Below, piece by piece: positions 18,975 to 27,997 of a DNA stretch of 64,000 bases. This stretch comes from Candidatus Falkowbacteria bacterium HGW-Falkowbacteria-1 (lineage in GTDB: Bacteria > Patescibacteriota > Patescibacteriia > Patescibacteriales > UBA12465), in contig PHAI01000002.1 in assembly GCA_002840305.1 (NCBI GenBank), forward strand, positions 202,707 through 266,706, given 5' to 3'. Made by a program: the position numbers and the translations under genes. A model generated the notes under the pieces. It was not told the DNA's origin. It made no database searches and saw only the letters and a program-made list of their open reading frames with translations. Within the stretch, counting starts at the first letter, position 1. Every line of letters begins with the position of its first letter.

Positions 18975-21068
18975 TTATTTTTTTTCCTGAACTACCTGAT
19001 AATATTTTAACAGAAAATCAGCAATTTCACCAAAAACTGGAGCCGCTGAATTAGCCGCAAAACCAACAGTTTTTGGATTATCAAACTTAATGAGCATAAC
19101 AAATTTAGGATTTTCTATCGGAGCATAACCAACAAAATTGTGAATATATTGCCCCTCCATATAACCACCTTCCGGAGAAGGGATCTGCGCTGTTCCGGTT
19201 TTACCTCCGACGTAATAACCATTTACCTGAGCTCCAAGAGCGTGACCGTGGTCAACTACGTTCACAAGCATGGCTGAAGTAGCCAGAGCGGCCTCTTCGG
19301 ATATGACCCTTCTTATTTCTCTTGGTTCAATTTTTTTAACAAGCTGATAATTTTCATCTAAAATCTCCTCTACAATGTACGGCTTCATCATTAAACCTTT
19401 GTTTGCAATCGTGGCATAAGAAGAAATCATTTGTAAAGGAGTCACGGCGATACCCTGTCCAAAAGAAGCTGTTGAAAAATCGATATCTTTTACATTTCGG
19501 CCAACAATATTCTTTATATCGCCAGAGCTTTCACCAACCAATTCTATCCCCACCTTTTCGCCAAAACCAAATTTTTTTAAATAGTCAGCAAAAACATCCT
19601 TCCCTATCTGTTCAGCGGCAAAAATAGCTCCAGTGTTCAAAGAGTTTTCTAAGACATAATTCATCGAAACTACTCCATGAGCACCATAGCTTTCAAAATC
19701 CGAATTTTTTATAGGCTTCGGCCATCCATTAATCATTAATTGTCCCTTATCTTCATATGTCGTGTTTGGGCCTATTTTACCCTGATCAATGGCAGCGGCC
19801 AATGTGATTGTCTTGAATACCGATCCTGGCTCATATTGATAAGAAACTACTTGGTTGTCAAAAATGTCAGCGCTTAAAACGTCTTGAAAATTGTTAGCAT
19901 CAAACTCTGGCCAAGTACATAGTGCTATTATTTTTCCAGTTGACGGATCCATAACTGAAATACTACCACTGTCAAATAAATATTTTTCGTTGGCTTCTTT
20001 AAGCTTATTGCAAACATAAGTTTGAATCGCATAATCAATTGTTAAAACTAAACTGTTTCCATTTACTGGTATTTTATATTCTCTCTTGTCAATAATTATT
20101 TTTTTTCCTTTATAGGTTCCCTTGTCTCCCAGCAAAAAACCATCCTCTCCCGTTAATTCATCATTCAAAAAACCTTCCAAACCATAATTACCAACATTGT
20201 CATAATTAGAAAAGCCAGTAACATGAGACAACAAAGTTTTTTCTGGATAGTACCTCAGGCTTTCCCATTCATAATAAAAGCCATTAATTTCATTGCTTAA
20301 ATCCTTCTCTTGGTCTACACTCAACACCTTTCCGTTTTTTATAAAAATATCAGAAACTGAATTCATCTTAAATTCATCTTTAAAAAAATTGAAATAGAAT
20401 AACAGAAGATCGTCCTTCTCAACTTTTCTCACAAGAAGCCTTGAATACTTATCAGAATTATCAATTTTTAAAAGATAGTCACTTATTATAGCCTGCTTTC
20501 TTTCTTCAATCTCTAAGTCTCTCTGAACTTTTCGAAACTCTATCCATTCTTCATTAAACTTTAAACTAGACCTTCTATCCTCAACCTCCCTTTTCTTTTC
20601 TATTTTCTGCTCATCACTTATCTTTAAAGAGTCAATATATCCTAATTCATCCAAAAGATCCTGCCTGTCTTTCTCTTCTAAAAATTTGTCTACTTCTTCT
20701 ACAACCAAATCATAATGAAAAGTTAAATAAATATTCTCTAATATCGCAAGAATGTGACCATCATCTAAAAGTCTAGGTACTATGTACAGGCTGGCAAAAT
20801 CTTTATTTGAGGCTACTAAATAAAAATCTTCATTGAGGCCATTCTTTAAATAAATATCCCCCCTTTTAGCTTTTAGCTCATTATAAACATTATGCTGCAA
20901 GCCAGCCTTGGCCATATAAATATCAAAATCTAAAATTTGAATTTTATATAATTTTAGAATAAGAGAAATAAACATAAAAAAAATAATCGCACTTAAAAAT
21001 ATGAGGCGACTATTTGTTTTATTCTTTTTGTCTTTATTTTTTTTAATCTCTTTTTTAAACGGAGTCAT
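18975..21068 (-). CDS. ftsI: Class B penicillin-binding protein FtsI-like, with helical insert
   Basis: KRGDIY, RYYP, YEPGSVFK (SxxK), SLN (SxN), GKTGTAQ. Confidence 0.9.
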   Translation of the reverse strand: MTPFKKEIKKNKDKKNKTNSRLIFLSAIIFFMFISLILKLYKIQILDFDIYMAKAGLQHNVYNELKAKRGDIYLKNGLNEDFYLVASNKDFASLYIVPRLLDDGHILAILENIYLTFHYDLVVEEVDKFLEEKDRQDLLDELGYIDSLKISDEQKIEKKREVEDRRSSLKFNEEWIEFRKVQRDLEIEERKQAIISDYLLKIDNSDKYSRLLVRKVEKDDLLLFYFNFFKDEFKMNSVSDIFIKNGKVLSVDQEKDLSNEINGFYYEWESLRYYPEKTLLSHVTGFSNYDNVGNYGLEGFLNDELTGEDGFLLGDKGTYKGKKIIIDKREYKIPVNGNSLVLTIDYAIQTYVCNKLKEANEKYLFDSGSISVMDPSTGKIIALCTWPEFDANNFQDVLSADIFDNQVVSYQYEPGSVFKTITLAAAIDQGKIGPNTTYEDKGQLMINGWPKPIKNSDFESYGAHGVVSMNYVLENSLNTGAIFAAEQIGKDVFADYLKKFGFGEKVGIELVGESSGDIKNIVGRNVKDIDFSTASFGQGIAVTPLQMISSYATIANKGLMMKPYIVEEILDENYQLVKKIEPREIRRVISEEAALATSAMLVNVVDHGHALGAQVNGYYVGGKTGTAQIPSPEGGYMEGQYIHNFVGYAPIENPKFVMLIKFDNPKTVGFAANSAAPVFGEIADFLLKYYQVVQEKK

Positions 21069-21081
21069 TATTTTTTAAAAT

Positions 21082-21390
21082 TTATTTTTTAGCCAAAGAG
21101 TCATCGCCGAGGCTAATATATTTTATTCCAGTAACTTTCACCATTTTTAATTCTTCAATTCTAGCATTCATGTTTTCATAAGACTCCAGGTCGTTTTTTA
21201 AAACTTCATAATTTTTATTATCCTCTTCCAACAAAGTCGCCTTTTCTTTTAAACTTTGCAATTCAAAATTTTTATTAACCAAATCATCCATGCTCTTTAA
21301 ATAATAAAATCCACTAGTAATAACGGCAAACAAAAGACAAATATTTAGGCCGTTTAAAAAATTGAGTTTTTTTGACTTTATCGACTCCAT
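21082..21390 (-). CDS. FtsL-like cell division protein
   Basis: Single TM plus coiled coil, located between rsmH and ftsI. Confidence 0.65.
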   Translation of the reverse strand: MESIKSKKLNFLNGLNICLLFAVITSGFYYLKSMDDLVNKNFELQSLKEKATLLEEDNKNYEVLKNDLESYENMNARIEELKMVKVTGIKYISLGDDSLAKK

Positions 21391-21404
21391 ATTTATAAAA
21401 TTAA

Positions 21405-22304
21405 TTATTTTACTTTTTCTAAAACTCTTAATTTGGCACTTCTGGACCTGTTGTTGCTTTTAATCTCTATGTCTGACGGTCCAATAGGTTTTTTTGTTAT
21501 TATTTTGAACTTATCCCTGTCATTCCTGAATTTCTCCTTGAAAAACAATTTAACAGTTCTGTCTTCTAGGCTGTGAAAAGATACTACAACCAGACGACCA
21601 TCTTTATTTAACAAATCACAAGCTTGAGCTAAAAAATTTTTTAAATTTTCAATTTCTCCATTTGTTTCCATTCTTATCGCCTGAAATGTTTTAGTGGCTG
21701 GATTTATTTTTTTTGACCAAAACTTTGAAGGAATTGATGCCGCTACAATTTCCGCTAACTGCTTTGAATTATCTATTTTATTCTTGCGACGATAGTTAAA
21801 AATACTATCAGCTATCTTCTTCGCCCAAGATTCTTCACCATATTCTTTTATCACCTTCTCCAATTCTTCCTTATTATAATTATTTAATATCCATTTTGAA
21901 TCTCCATCAATCTGAGGGCCAAACGACATATCTAACGATTCCTCATTATTGAACGAAAATCCCCTGCTTTTGTCATCCAATTGAGCTGACGACAAGCCCA
22001 AGTCAGCAACTATTCCATCAAATTTATCACCATCCTTAAATTTTTCAGTAACTATTTTTTTTAAGTTAGCGAAATTATCATTAATAACTATATTTTTGGC
22101 TGATTTGTATTTTGAAAAATTATCAATAGCTAAAGGATCTAGGTCAATCGACAAAATTTTTCCATTATCACCAAGCAAGGAGCCAATCTCTTTGGTATAT
22201 CCTCCACCACCTAAAGTCGCGTCTATATATTTTCCATTCTTTTTAATTTTTAAAAATTCTACTACTTCCTTTAACATTACTGGGATATGGTGATAATCTT
22301 CCAT
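21405..22304 (-). CDS. rsmH: 16S rRNA m4C1402 methyltransferase
   Basis: HIPVML, DATLGGGG, DLGLSS, SFHSLEDR, RSRSAKLR. Confidence 0.97.
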   Translation of the reverse strand: MEDYHHIPVMLKEVVEFLKIKKNGKYIDATLGGGGYTKEIGSLLGDNGKILSIDLDPLAIDNFSKYKSAKNIVINDNFANLKKIVTEKFKDGDKFDGIVADLGLSSAQLDDKSRGFSFNNEESLDMSFGPQIDGDSKWILNNYNKEELEKVIKEYGEESWAKKIADSIFNYRRKNKIDNSKQLAEIVAASIPSKFWSKKINPATKTFQAIRMETNGEIENLKNFLAQACDLLNKDGRLVVVSFHSLEDRTVKLFFKEKFRNDRDKFKIITKKPIGPSDIEIKSNNRSRSAKLRVLEKVK

Positions 22305-22313
22305 AAAGAAAAT

Positions 22314-22745
22314 TTAAATTCCTAAATCGCCCAACTCTTCAGCTATGGCATTACTATTCTTTTCTGATTCGCTTTTATACTTACTCCAAGCCTCTTCGTC
22401 CCAAATTTCTAAATGATTATACAAACCAGCAATAATTACGCTTTTCTTTAAGGAGGAAAAATTCCTCAAATATTCTGGCAAAGTAACCCTCCCTTGATTA
22501 TCAAATTCTAAGTCCATGGCACCGGCTAAAAAATGCCTGGCAAATGACCTAGCTTTTGATTGACTTATAGGAAGAGCCGATAACTTCTGCGCTATTTTTT
22601 TCCACTGTTCATTAGTATACAAAAACAAACAATTATCCAGACCCTTAGTAACCACTCCTCCCTTTTTTAATAAAGACCTAAACTTCGCTGGAATAGCTAG
22701 TCTTCCTTTGTCATCTAAGTTATGATTGTATTCTCCAATAAACAT
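22314..22745 (-). CDS. mraZ: Transcriptional regulator MraZ
   Basis: MFIGEYNHNLDDKGRLAIP, DNQGRV, LEIWD. Confidence 0.98.
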   Translation of the reverse strand: MFIGEYNHNLDDKGRLAIPAKFRSLLKKGGVVTKGLDNCLFLYTNEQWKKIAQKLSALPISQSKARSFARHFLAGAMDLEFDNQGRVTLPEYLRNFSSLKKSVIIAGLYNHLEIWDEEAWSKYKSESEKNSNAIAEELGDLGI

Positions 22746-22767
22746 ACTTTAAAAAAATAATTTTATA

Positions 22768-22833
22768 TTCACCCCTATTCACCACTTTTCACCTCTTGAG
22801 TATAATTATACACCACTTTTCCCCGAAGGTCAA
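22768..22833 (-). promoter_or_regulatory. dcw promoter with MraZ-binding boxes
   Basis: Minus strand TTGACC-N17-TATAAT (22833-22805), then three 10-bp-period repeats AAGAGGTGAA/AAGTGGTGAA/TAGGGGTGAA; similar boxes lie in the spacer. Confidence 0.85.
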
Positions 22834-22876
22834 CAAGTACATAACGCCCAAAAACAAAGGATTAAATAAGAAAAAT

Positions 22877-22915
22877 AAAAAAAAGAAAGCGCTTATACAC
22901 AAGCGCTCTCTTTTT
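22877..22915 (-). terminator. Terminator downstream of sod
   Basis: AGCGCTT/AAGCGCT stem flanked by A and T runs. Confidence 0.65.
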
Positions 22916-22966
22916 CTACGTTTTTAACTTTTAACTAGCTCTGATTTATAAACATTTTATAAACAG

Positions 22967-23572
22967 TTAATCCACAAGATATTTTTTTAAATTTTCTTCA
23001 AAGAAATCCCAATTTATCAAATTATCAATCACTGCAGAAAGATAATCAACTCTCGAATTTCTATAGTCAATATAATAAGCATGCTCCCAAACATCAATAG
23101 TTAAAATCGGGGCAAAATCTAAAACCAAAGGGTTGTCAGCGTTAGAAGTGGATATAATCTCTAATTCTTTATCTTTATTCAAAACCACCCAAACCCAACC
23201 ACTCCCGAATTGGGTTAAAGCTTTTTTCTTTAAATTTTCTTTAAAGGTATCAAGGGATTGAAAATACTTATCTATAAACCCTAGAACATAAACCGAAGGT
23301 TTGATATTCGGAGCTAAGCTTTTCCAATAAAAATCATGATTAAAAACTTGGGCTGCATTATTGTACAAAGCTTTTAACTCCTGAATATTATAAGAGACCA
23401 GTATCACTTCCTTCAAACTTTTGTTTTCTAACTCTCCCCCTTTGAGCAAGGTGCTTAAATTATCAAAATAAGCTCTATGGTGTTTATCATAATGAAAAGA
23501 AATAGTTTCATCAGAAATAAATGGGCTTAATTTATTTTTTTCATAAGGAAATGCTAAAAAGTCTATTTTCAT
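22967..23572 (-). CDS. Fe/Mn superoxide dismutase
   Basis: HYDKHH, NAAQVFNH, FGSGWVW, DVWEHAYY. Confidence 0.96.
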   Translation of the reverse strand: MKIDFLAFPYEKNKLSPFISDETISFHYDKHHRAYFDNLSTLLKGGELENKSLKEVILVSYNIQELKALYNNAAQVFNHDFYWKSLAPNIKPSVYVLGFIDKYFQSLDTFKENLKKKALTQFGSGWVWVVLNKDKELEIISTSNADNPLVLDFAPILTIDVWEHAYYIDYRNSRVDYLSAVIDNLINWDFFEENLKKYLVD

Positions 23573-23598
23573 ATATTTTTTAATAAATTAATACTAAC

Positions 23599-24495
23599 TT
23601 AGAGTTTGTAACTCATATAGTTTAACTCATCCAAAACATTTAAATTCAAAAACACTTTAACATCATCAACCGAGGAAGCCGAATTCGGCCAAGTAATCTT
23701 TATCTGTCTATTTTCACCAGATTTAAATTCTAGGGCCCTATATGTATTAACACCAACAATGTTTCCCTTGCTAAACATAAGAATCGATAAAGGAACCTCC
23801 CAATAATTATAGGGGCTATTATTTCTTATATCAAAATTTAAATTATCAAAATTTCTATAAGAGCCATCCATCGAAACGGTTTTATCAAACTTTATATTCG
23901 CAATAGTAAAGTCGGCTCTTAAACTATAGTAATCTTTCCAATTTGGATACTTTCTAATATCAACTCGCTCCCACCTATTTGATTTTATTTTAAATTTTTG
24001 TTCGCCTGGTTTTTTTTCTAATTTTTCAGACACGATTAACAAATATTTTTCTTCTCCCGGAAAAATAATAGTACTACCACAAGCCAAGTCAACGTCGGCG
24101 TCAACAAAACAATAAGAAACATTGGCGAAAAAGTTGTCATTAGGATTTTTCACCTTGGCTAAGAAGTCATAAGAATCACCATGATAAAACATTTTCTCTT
24201 CCAAGGTTTCTAGGGGTGTTGCCACCTTTATAGTACCTGCACCTAAATTAGCAGTGGATAGCTCATTCAAATTTTTTTGCTGTTCATCTCCGTAACGCAA
24301 ATAATCAAATAAATTATAAAAAAAATAAGAATATAAAAACAAGGACACGCCACCCAAAATGACTATAATACCAAGAATTAAGTGCCTCTTATGCTCTAAC
24401 ATCCATAAACCAACACCGGCCTTCGACAAAGAGCCACTTTTAGCCTTTGAATACTTATTTAAATCAATATCTTGATTATCGAAATCATTGTTCAT
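23599..24495 (-). CDS. Membrane-anchored hypothetical protein with Ig-like repeats
   Basis: N-terminal TM followed by two beta-rich segments (VKNPN...PGEEK; IRNNSP...SGENR). Confidence 0.7.
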   Translation of the reverse strand: MNNDFDNQDIDLNKYSKAKSGSLSKAGVGLWMLEHKRHLILGIIVILGGVSLFLYSYFFYNLFDYLRYGDEQQKNLNELSTANLGAGTIKVATPLETLEEKMFYHGDSYDFLAKVKNPNDNFFANVSYCFVDADVDLACGSTIIFPGEEKYLLIVSEKLEKKPGEQKFKIKSNRWERVDIRKYPNWKDYYSLRADFTIANIKFDKTVSMDGSYRNFDNLNFDIRNNSPYNYWEVPLSILMFSKGNIVGVNTYRALEFKSGENRQIKITWPNSASSVDDVKVFLNLNVLDELNYMSYKL

Positions 24496-24577
24496 AAATC
24501 AACGCCTTTATTTTCTAAAAAATTATTATTATGTTATAATAAATAGTAATAACATTATAACATAAATTTTAAAAAAT

Positions 24578-25426
24578 ATGAAAATAAATGTACCAATGAA
24601 TGTGCCCTCTGATAAAAAAAGAATATACGAGAAAAACTTCAAAGAGGCCACCAAAAACACTGGTAAACTTTTCTTGTTTGCCGGCGATCAAAAAATTGAA
24701 CATTTAAACGATGATTTTTCCCTTAAATTAAACGCTGGAAACAGCGACCCTGAACATTTATTTAAAATTGCTAATTCATCTAAAATAGGTGTATTTGCCG
24801 CTCACTTAGGTCTAATATCTCGCTATGGAGGACAATACAGAAAAATACCCTACTTAGTAAAACTTAATGGAAAATCAAATTTGATAAAAACAAAAGACCC
24901 TTTTAGCCCTGCTTTATGGTCGGTCAGTGATGTTGTTAATTTCCAAAAACAATCAAAATTAAGAGTATTGGGAGTCGGTTACACAATTTACTTAGGAAGC
25001 GAATATGAAGTTGAAATGTTAAAAGAAGCTGCTCAGGCAATTAATCAGGCACATCAAAATGGTCTGCTATCCGTTCTATGGATTTACCCTAGAGGAAAAA
25101 ATATAAAACAAGAAAAAAACCCTGATTTAATAGCTGGTGCTGCTGGACTAGGATTGTGTCTAGGAGCAGATTTTATAAAACTAAGCTATCCATTTGGACC
25201 AGGGAAAAAAGAAGCTACAAAAGCCAAAGAGATAATAACGGCCGCCGGTAATAGTGGAATCATATTTTCTGGAGGAGGAAAAATTGATAACAAAAAGTTT
25301 ACCGAATTAGTAAGAGATCAAATCAAAATAGCCGGCGCCAGAGGGTGCGCTGTAGGCAGAAATATACACCAAAACAAACTAGAAAAAGCAATCAAACTGG
25401 CCAATGATTTAAGCAAATTAATATAA
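24578..25426 (+). CDS. Class I (DhnA-type) fructose-bisphosphate aldolase
   Basis: AGDQKIEH, VGYTIYLGSEYE, WIYPRG, GADFIK, AVGRNIHQ. Confidence 0.92.
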   Translation: MKINVPMNVPSDKKRIYEKNFKEATKNTGKLFLFAGDQKIEHLNDDFSLKLNAGNSDPEHLFKIANSSKIGVFAAHLGLISRYGGQYRKIPYLVKLNGKSNLIKTKDPFSPALWSVSDVVNFQKQSKLRVLGVGYTIYLGSEYEVEMLKEAAQAINQAHQNGLLSVLWIYPRGKNIKQEKNPDLIAGAAGLGLCLGADFIKLSYPFGPGKKEATKAKEIITAAGNSGIIFSGGGKIDNKKFTELVRDQIKIAGARGCAVGRNIHQNKLEKAIKLANDLSKLI

Positions 25427-25483
25427 ACATTCATCTCACTAAAAATAAATTAAAAAATTAATTTAATAGAAAAGCTTGCAAAT

Positions 25484-25514
25484 AAAAAACCCTGTAAATC
25501 TTATACAGGGTTTT
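25484..25514. terminator. Bidirectional terminator
   Basis: AAAACCCTGTA/TACAGGGTTTT between convergent genes. Confidence 0.8.
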
Positions 25515-25536
25515 GTGCATTATAACACGGAGATTT

Positions 25537-26400
25537 TTAGATTTTGACAAATTCCCTTACTTTAATCCCATATTTTTCGTAAAAAACATGAAAATCCTCA
25601 TCATCAAAGGCTTTTTCAACTTCCGCTCCAAAAAAATCACGTTTTGAAACTAATTTCCAAAAAATATTATATTCAAGCAGAAGTTGTTGAAAACATTCAA
25701 TGTCCCCACCAGTCCAAAGAGTGATGGAATTTGACTCTGATAAGCGTTCAAGAAATCTAAGCATACCATTATGCACCTGCCCATTTATAATCAGTGTGCT
25801 TTCTAAATCGCAAAAAACTCCAGGAAAAAACTTGCCGGCAAAAAAAGAATTTTTTTGTTGGTATCTAAAACCCTTAATCTGCATAGCTACTTCGCTGTCG
25901 CTCCCAAGTAATCCAATTTCTCTGGCCTTAACTACGGCTGCCAATATTTTTTCTCTGGCGAAATCTGAATCTATTTCAAAAAAACTAGACACAGAATGTT
26001 GAATCATCCCCATTTCTTTTTCAAATGAATTAATTCTATTGATTTCAATGGCCAATTCATCAACCACTTTCTTGCCCTGAGACAATTCTTTGTACTTTGC
26101 TACAAGTGTCTCGGGAACGAACGGAAGCCTTAAAAACCCAACGTTTTTTTTCGCCATTAGTGCGCGAAATTCTTCGGAAAAATTTTCAAAAAAATACTTT
26201 TCATTCTCGTAACTACAAATAACAGTTGGGATTTCGGATTTAAGCTTCAAAGCGAAAGACAAACCCCTAAAATTGGCCCTCAAATACCCCCTCTCCTTAT
26301 ATTCAGCAAGAACTAAGTTGAGTTCGCCCGGTTCATTTTCAATGCTATCGATCAGCATAGCAACAAAAGTATTGTCGTCAAAAAATGGGTTAATTTTCAT
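25537..26400 (-). CDS. Hypothetical protein with C-terminal HAD-like domain
   Basis: VFCDLESTLI, LWTGG, K and AFDD motifs. Confidence 0.6.
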   Translation of the reverse strand: MKINPFFDDNTFVAMLIDSIENEPGELNLVLAEYKERGYLRANFRGLSFALKLKSEIPTVICSYENEKYFFENFSEEFRALMAKKNVGFLRLPFVPETLVAKYKELSQGKKVVDELAIEINRINSFEKEMGMIQHSVSSFFEIDSDFAREKILAAVVKAREIGLLGSDSEVAMQIKGFRYQQKNSFFAGKFFPGVFCDLESTLIINGQVHNGMLRFLERLSESNSITLWTGGDIECFQQLLLEYNIFWKLVSKRDFFGAEVEKAFDDEDFHVFYEKYGIKVREFVKI

Positions 26401-26604
26401 GATAAATGATTTAAATTGTTAAACATACAAAGCTTTCTAAAATCCCTCAAAAAAAACTTAGAAAGTCTTATATGCCAAAAATAAACTAAAATATAAAAGA
26501 ACGAAAAGACTGACTACAAACAATACCTTATATTGACCAATCTGTCAATCATATAAACTCCGAACTAATTTTTAAGTCGCAAAACCACAGTGGCTTTCTA
26601 AATC

Positions 26605-27195
26605 TTAAGTTAATAATAAAAACAAATAGGAAGAAATAATAGGTAAAACTAAATTATCTAAACCAAAAAATAACAAAAATTCAATAATTGTTAAAATTAA
26701 AGATACAGAAAAATAAATACTCAAATTCAAAATATCAAAATTACTATTAAAAATAATAATAATCATTAAGGTTGACAAAAAAAAGGCCAAAGAGCCCTCT
26801 AAACTCTTTTTACTCCAAGGAAGATCTATTTTATGGACACCGAAAAGATCACCAAAAATGTTAGCAAAAGCGTCAGATAAACCCAAAACCAAAATTCCAA
26901 ACTGAAAAGCCCTTATTTCGCCTTGGGGCAGAAATAAAAAAGCCGAAACCATAACTCCAATAGGATAAAAGATTTCCCCCAGGCTAACTCTTTTCACCCT
27001 ATTGATAATTGGTAAAAACCCTGATAATCTTGCCATCAAAAAGACAAAAGAAAAGAACAAAGACAAAAACATTATTTGCCAAAAATTCAAAAAATAAGGA
27101 AACAAGCAGATCACAAAGGCCGAAATAATATGGATTATTTTTCTATTAAAATTGTCTATTTTTATTTTTTCAGAACCCCTAACAAAAGTAACCAT
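26605..27195 (-). CDS. CTP-dependent polyprenol/diacylglycerol kinase family (SEC59/DGK1/VTE5-like)
   Basis: RKIIHI, SLGEIFYP, LSDAFANIFG, KKSLEGS, GLDNL. Confidence 0.85.
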   Translation of the reverse strand: MVTFVRGSEKIKIDNFNRKIIHIISAFVICLFPYFLNFWQIMFLSLFFSFVFLMARLSGFLPIINRVKRVSLGEIFYPIGVMVSAFLFLPQGEIRAFQFGILVLGLSDAFANIFGDLFGVHKIDLPWSKKSLEGSLAFFLSTLMIIIIFNSNFDILNLSIYFSVSLILTIIEFLLFFGLDNLVLPIISSYLFLLLT

Positions 27196-27199
27196 AAAT

Positions 27200-27895
27200 T
27201 TATTTTTTTAAAAAAAGCTTTCTCTGCTTCTCTGGCATTTTTTCAATGGCATATCTTAACATGGTTCTTGGCATCTCATCTTTATTCTTAATTAAAAAGC
27301 TTTCTAATCTTTTTATATCTTTTTTTCCAGCCTCTCTCAGCATCCAACCAACAGCTTTATGAATCAAATCATGTTTATCGTGTAAAAGATTTTTGGCCAA
27401 TCTAAAAATATCATTTAAGTCACCACTCTTAATAAAGAACAGAGTGGCCACAACTGCCGCCCTCCTTTCCCACAAATTTTTAGACTTAGCCATTTTGTAC
27501 AGAAGATCTCTTTTCTTCCCAAACAAATAATCGCCCAATATATTTGGCGCGCTAACGTCAACTAGATCCCAATTGTTTATATTTTTAATATTTTTGATAT
27601 AAAAATCAAAAAAAACCTTCTTATTTCTTTGCTCTGATTTTTTATATTGATCCACTAGAATAAGAATTGCCGAAAATCTAAACTCATGAATTTTCGAATC
27701 TAGCAATAACTGTAAATCATTCGGTTCTAATCCAAAATATTTTTTGATTAAATTTCTTTGGCTACCTACAGAGATTCCCAAAAAAATATCACCCTCTCCG
27801 TATTCTCCTTCGGCTGTTTTAAAATAACGAGATAATAAAATAGCCTTCTTTTTGTCGGCTAATTTTATTAGATCATCCTGAATTTTATTCGCCAT
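27200..27895 (-). CDS. AlkD-like DNA alkylation repair protein
   Basis: YFKTAEGEYGEGD, NNWDLVD, KAVGWMLRE, PRTMLRYAIEK; start moved to ATG 27895. Confidence 0.9.
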   Translation of the reverse strand: MANKIQDDLIKLADKKKAILLSRYFKTAEGEYGEGDIFLGISVGSQRNLIKKYFGLEPNDLQLLLDSKIHEFRFSAILILVDQYKKSEQRNKKVFFDFYIKNIKNINNWDLVDVSAPNILGDYLFGKKRDLLYKMAKSKNLWERRAAVVATLFFIKSGDLNDIFRLAKNLLHDKHDLIHKAVGWMLREAGKKDIKRLESFLIKNKDEMPRTMLRYAIEKMPEKQRKLFLKK

Positions 27896-27997
27896 ACTAA
27901 TAATACAAAGAGTGGAATAAATTTTGAATAATAAAATAAGAACCAGCAATCAAAACTAACATGATGACTGTCGAAGAAAAATCTTTCATACTATCAA

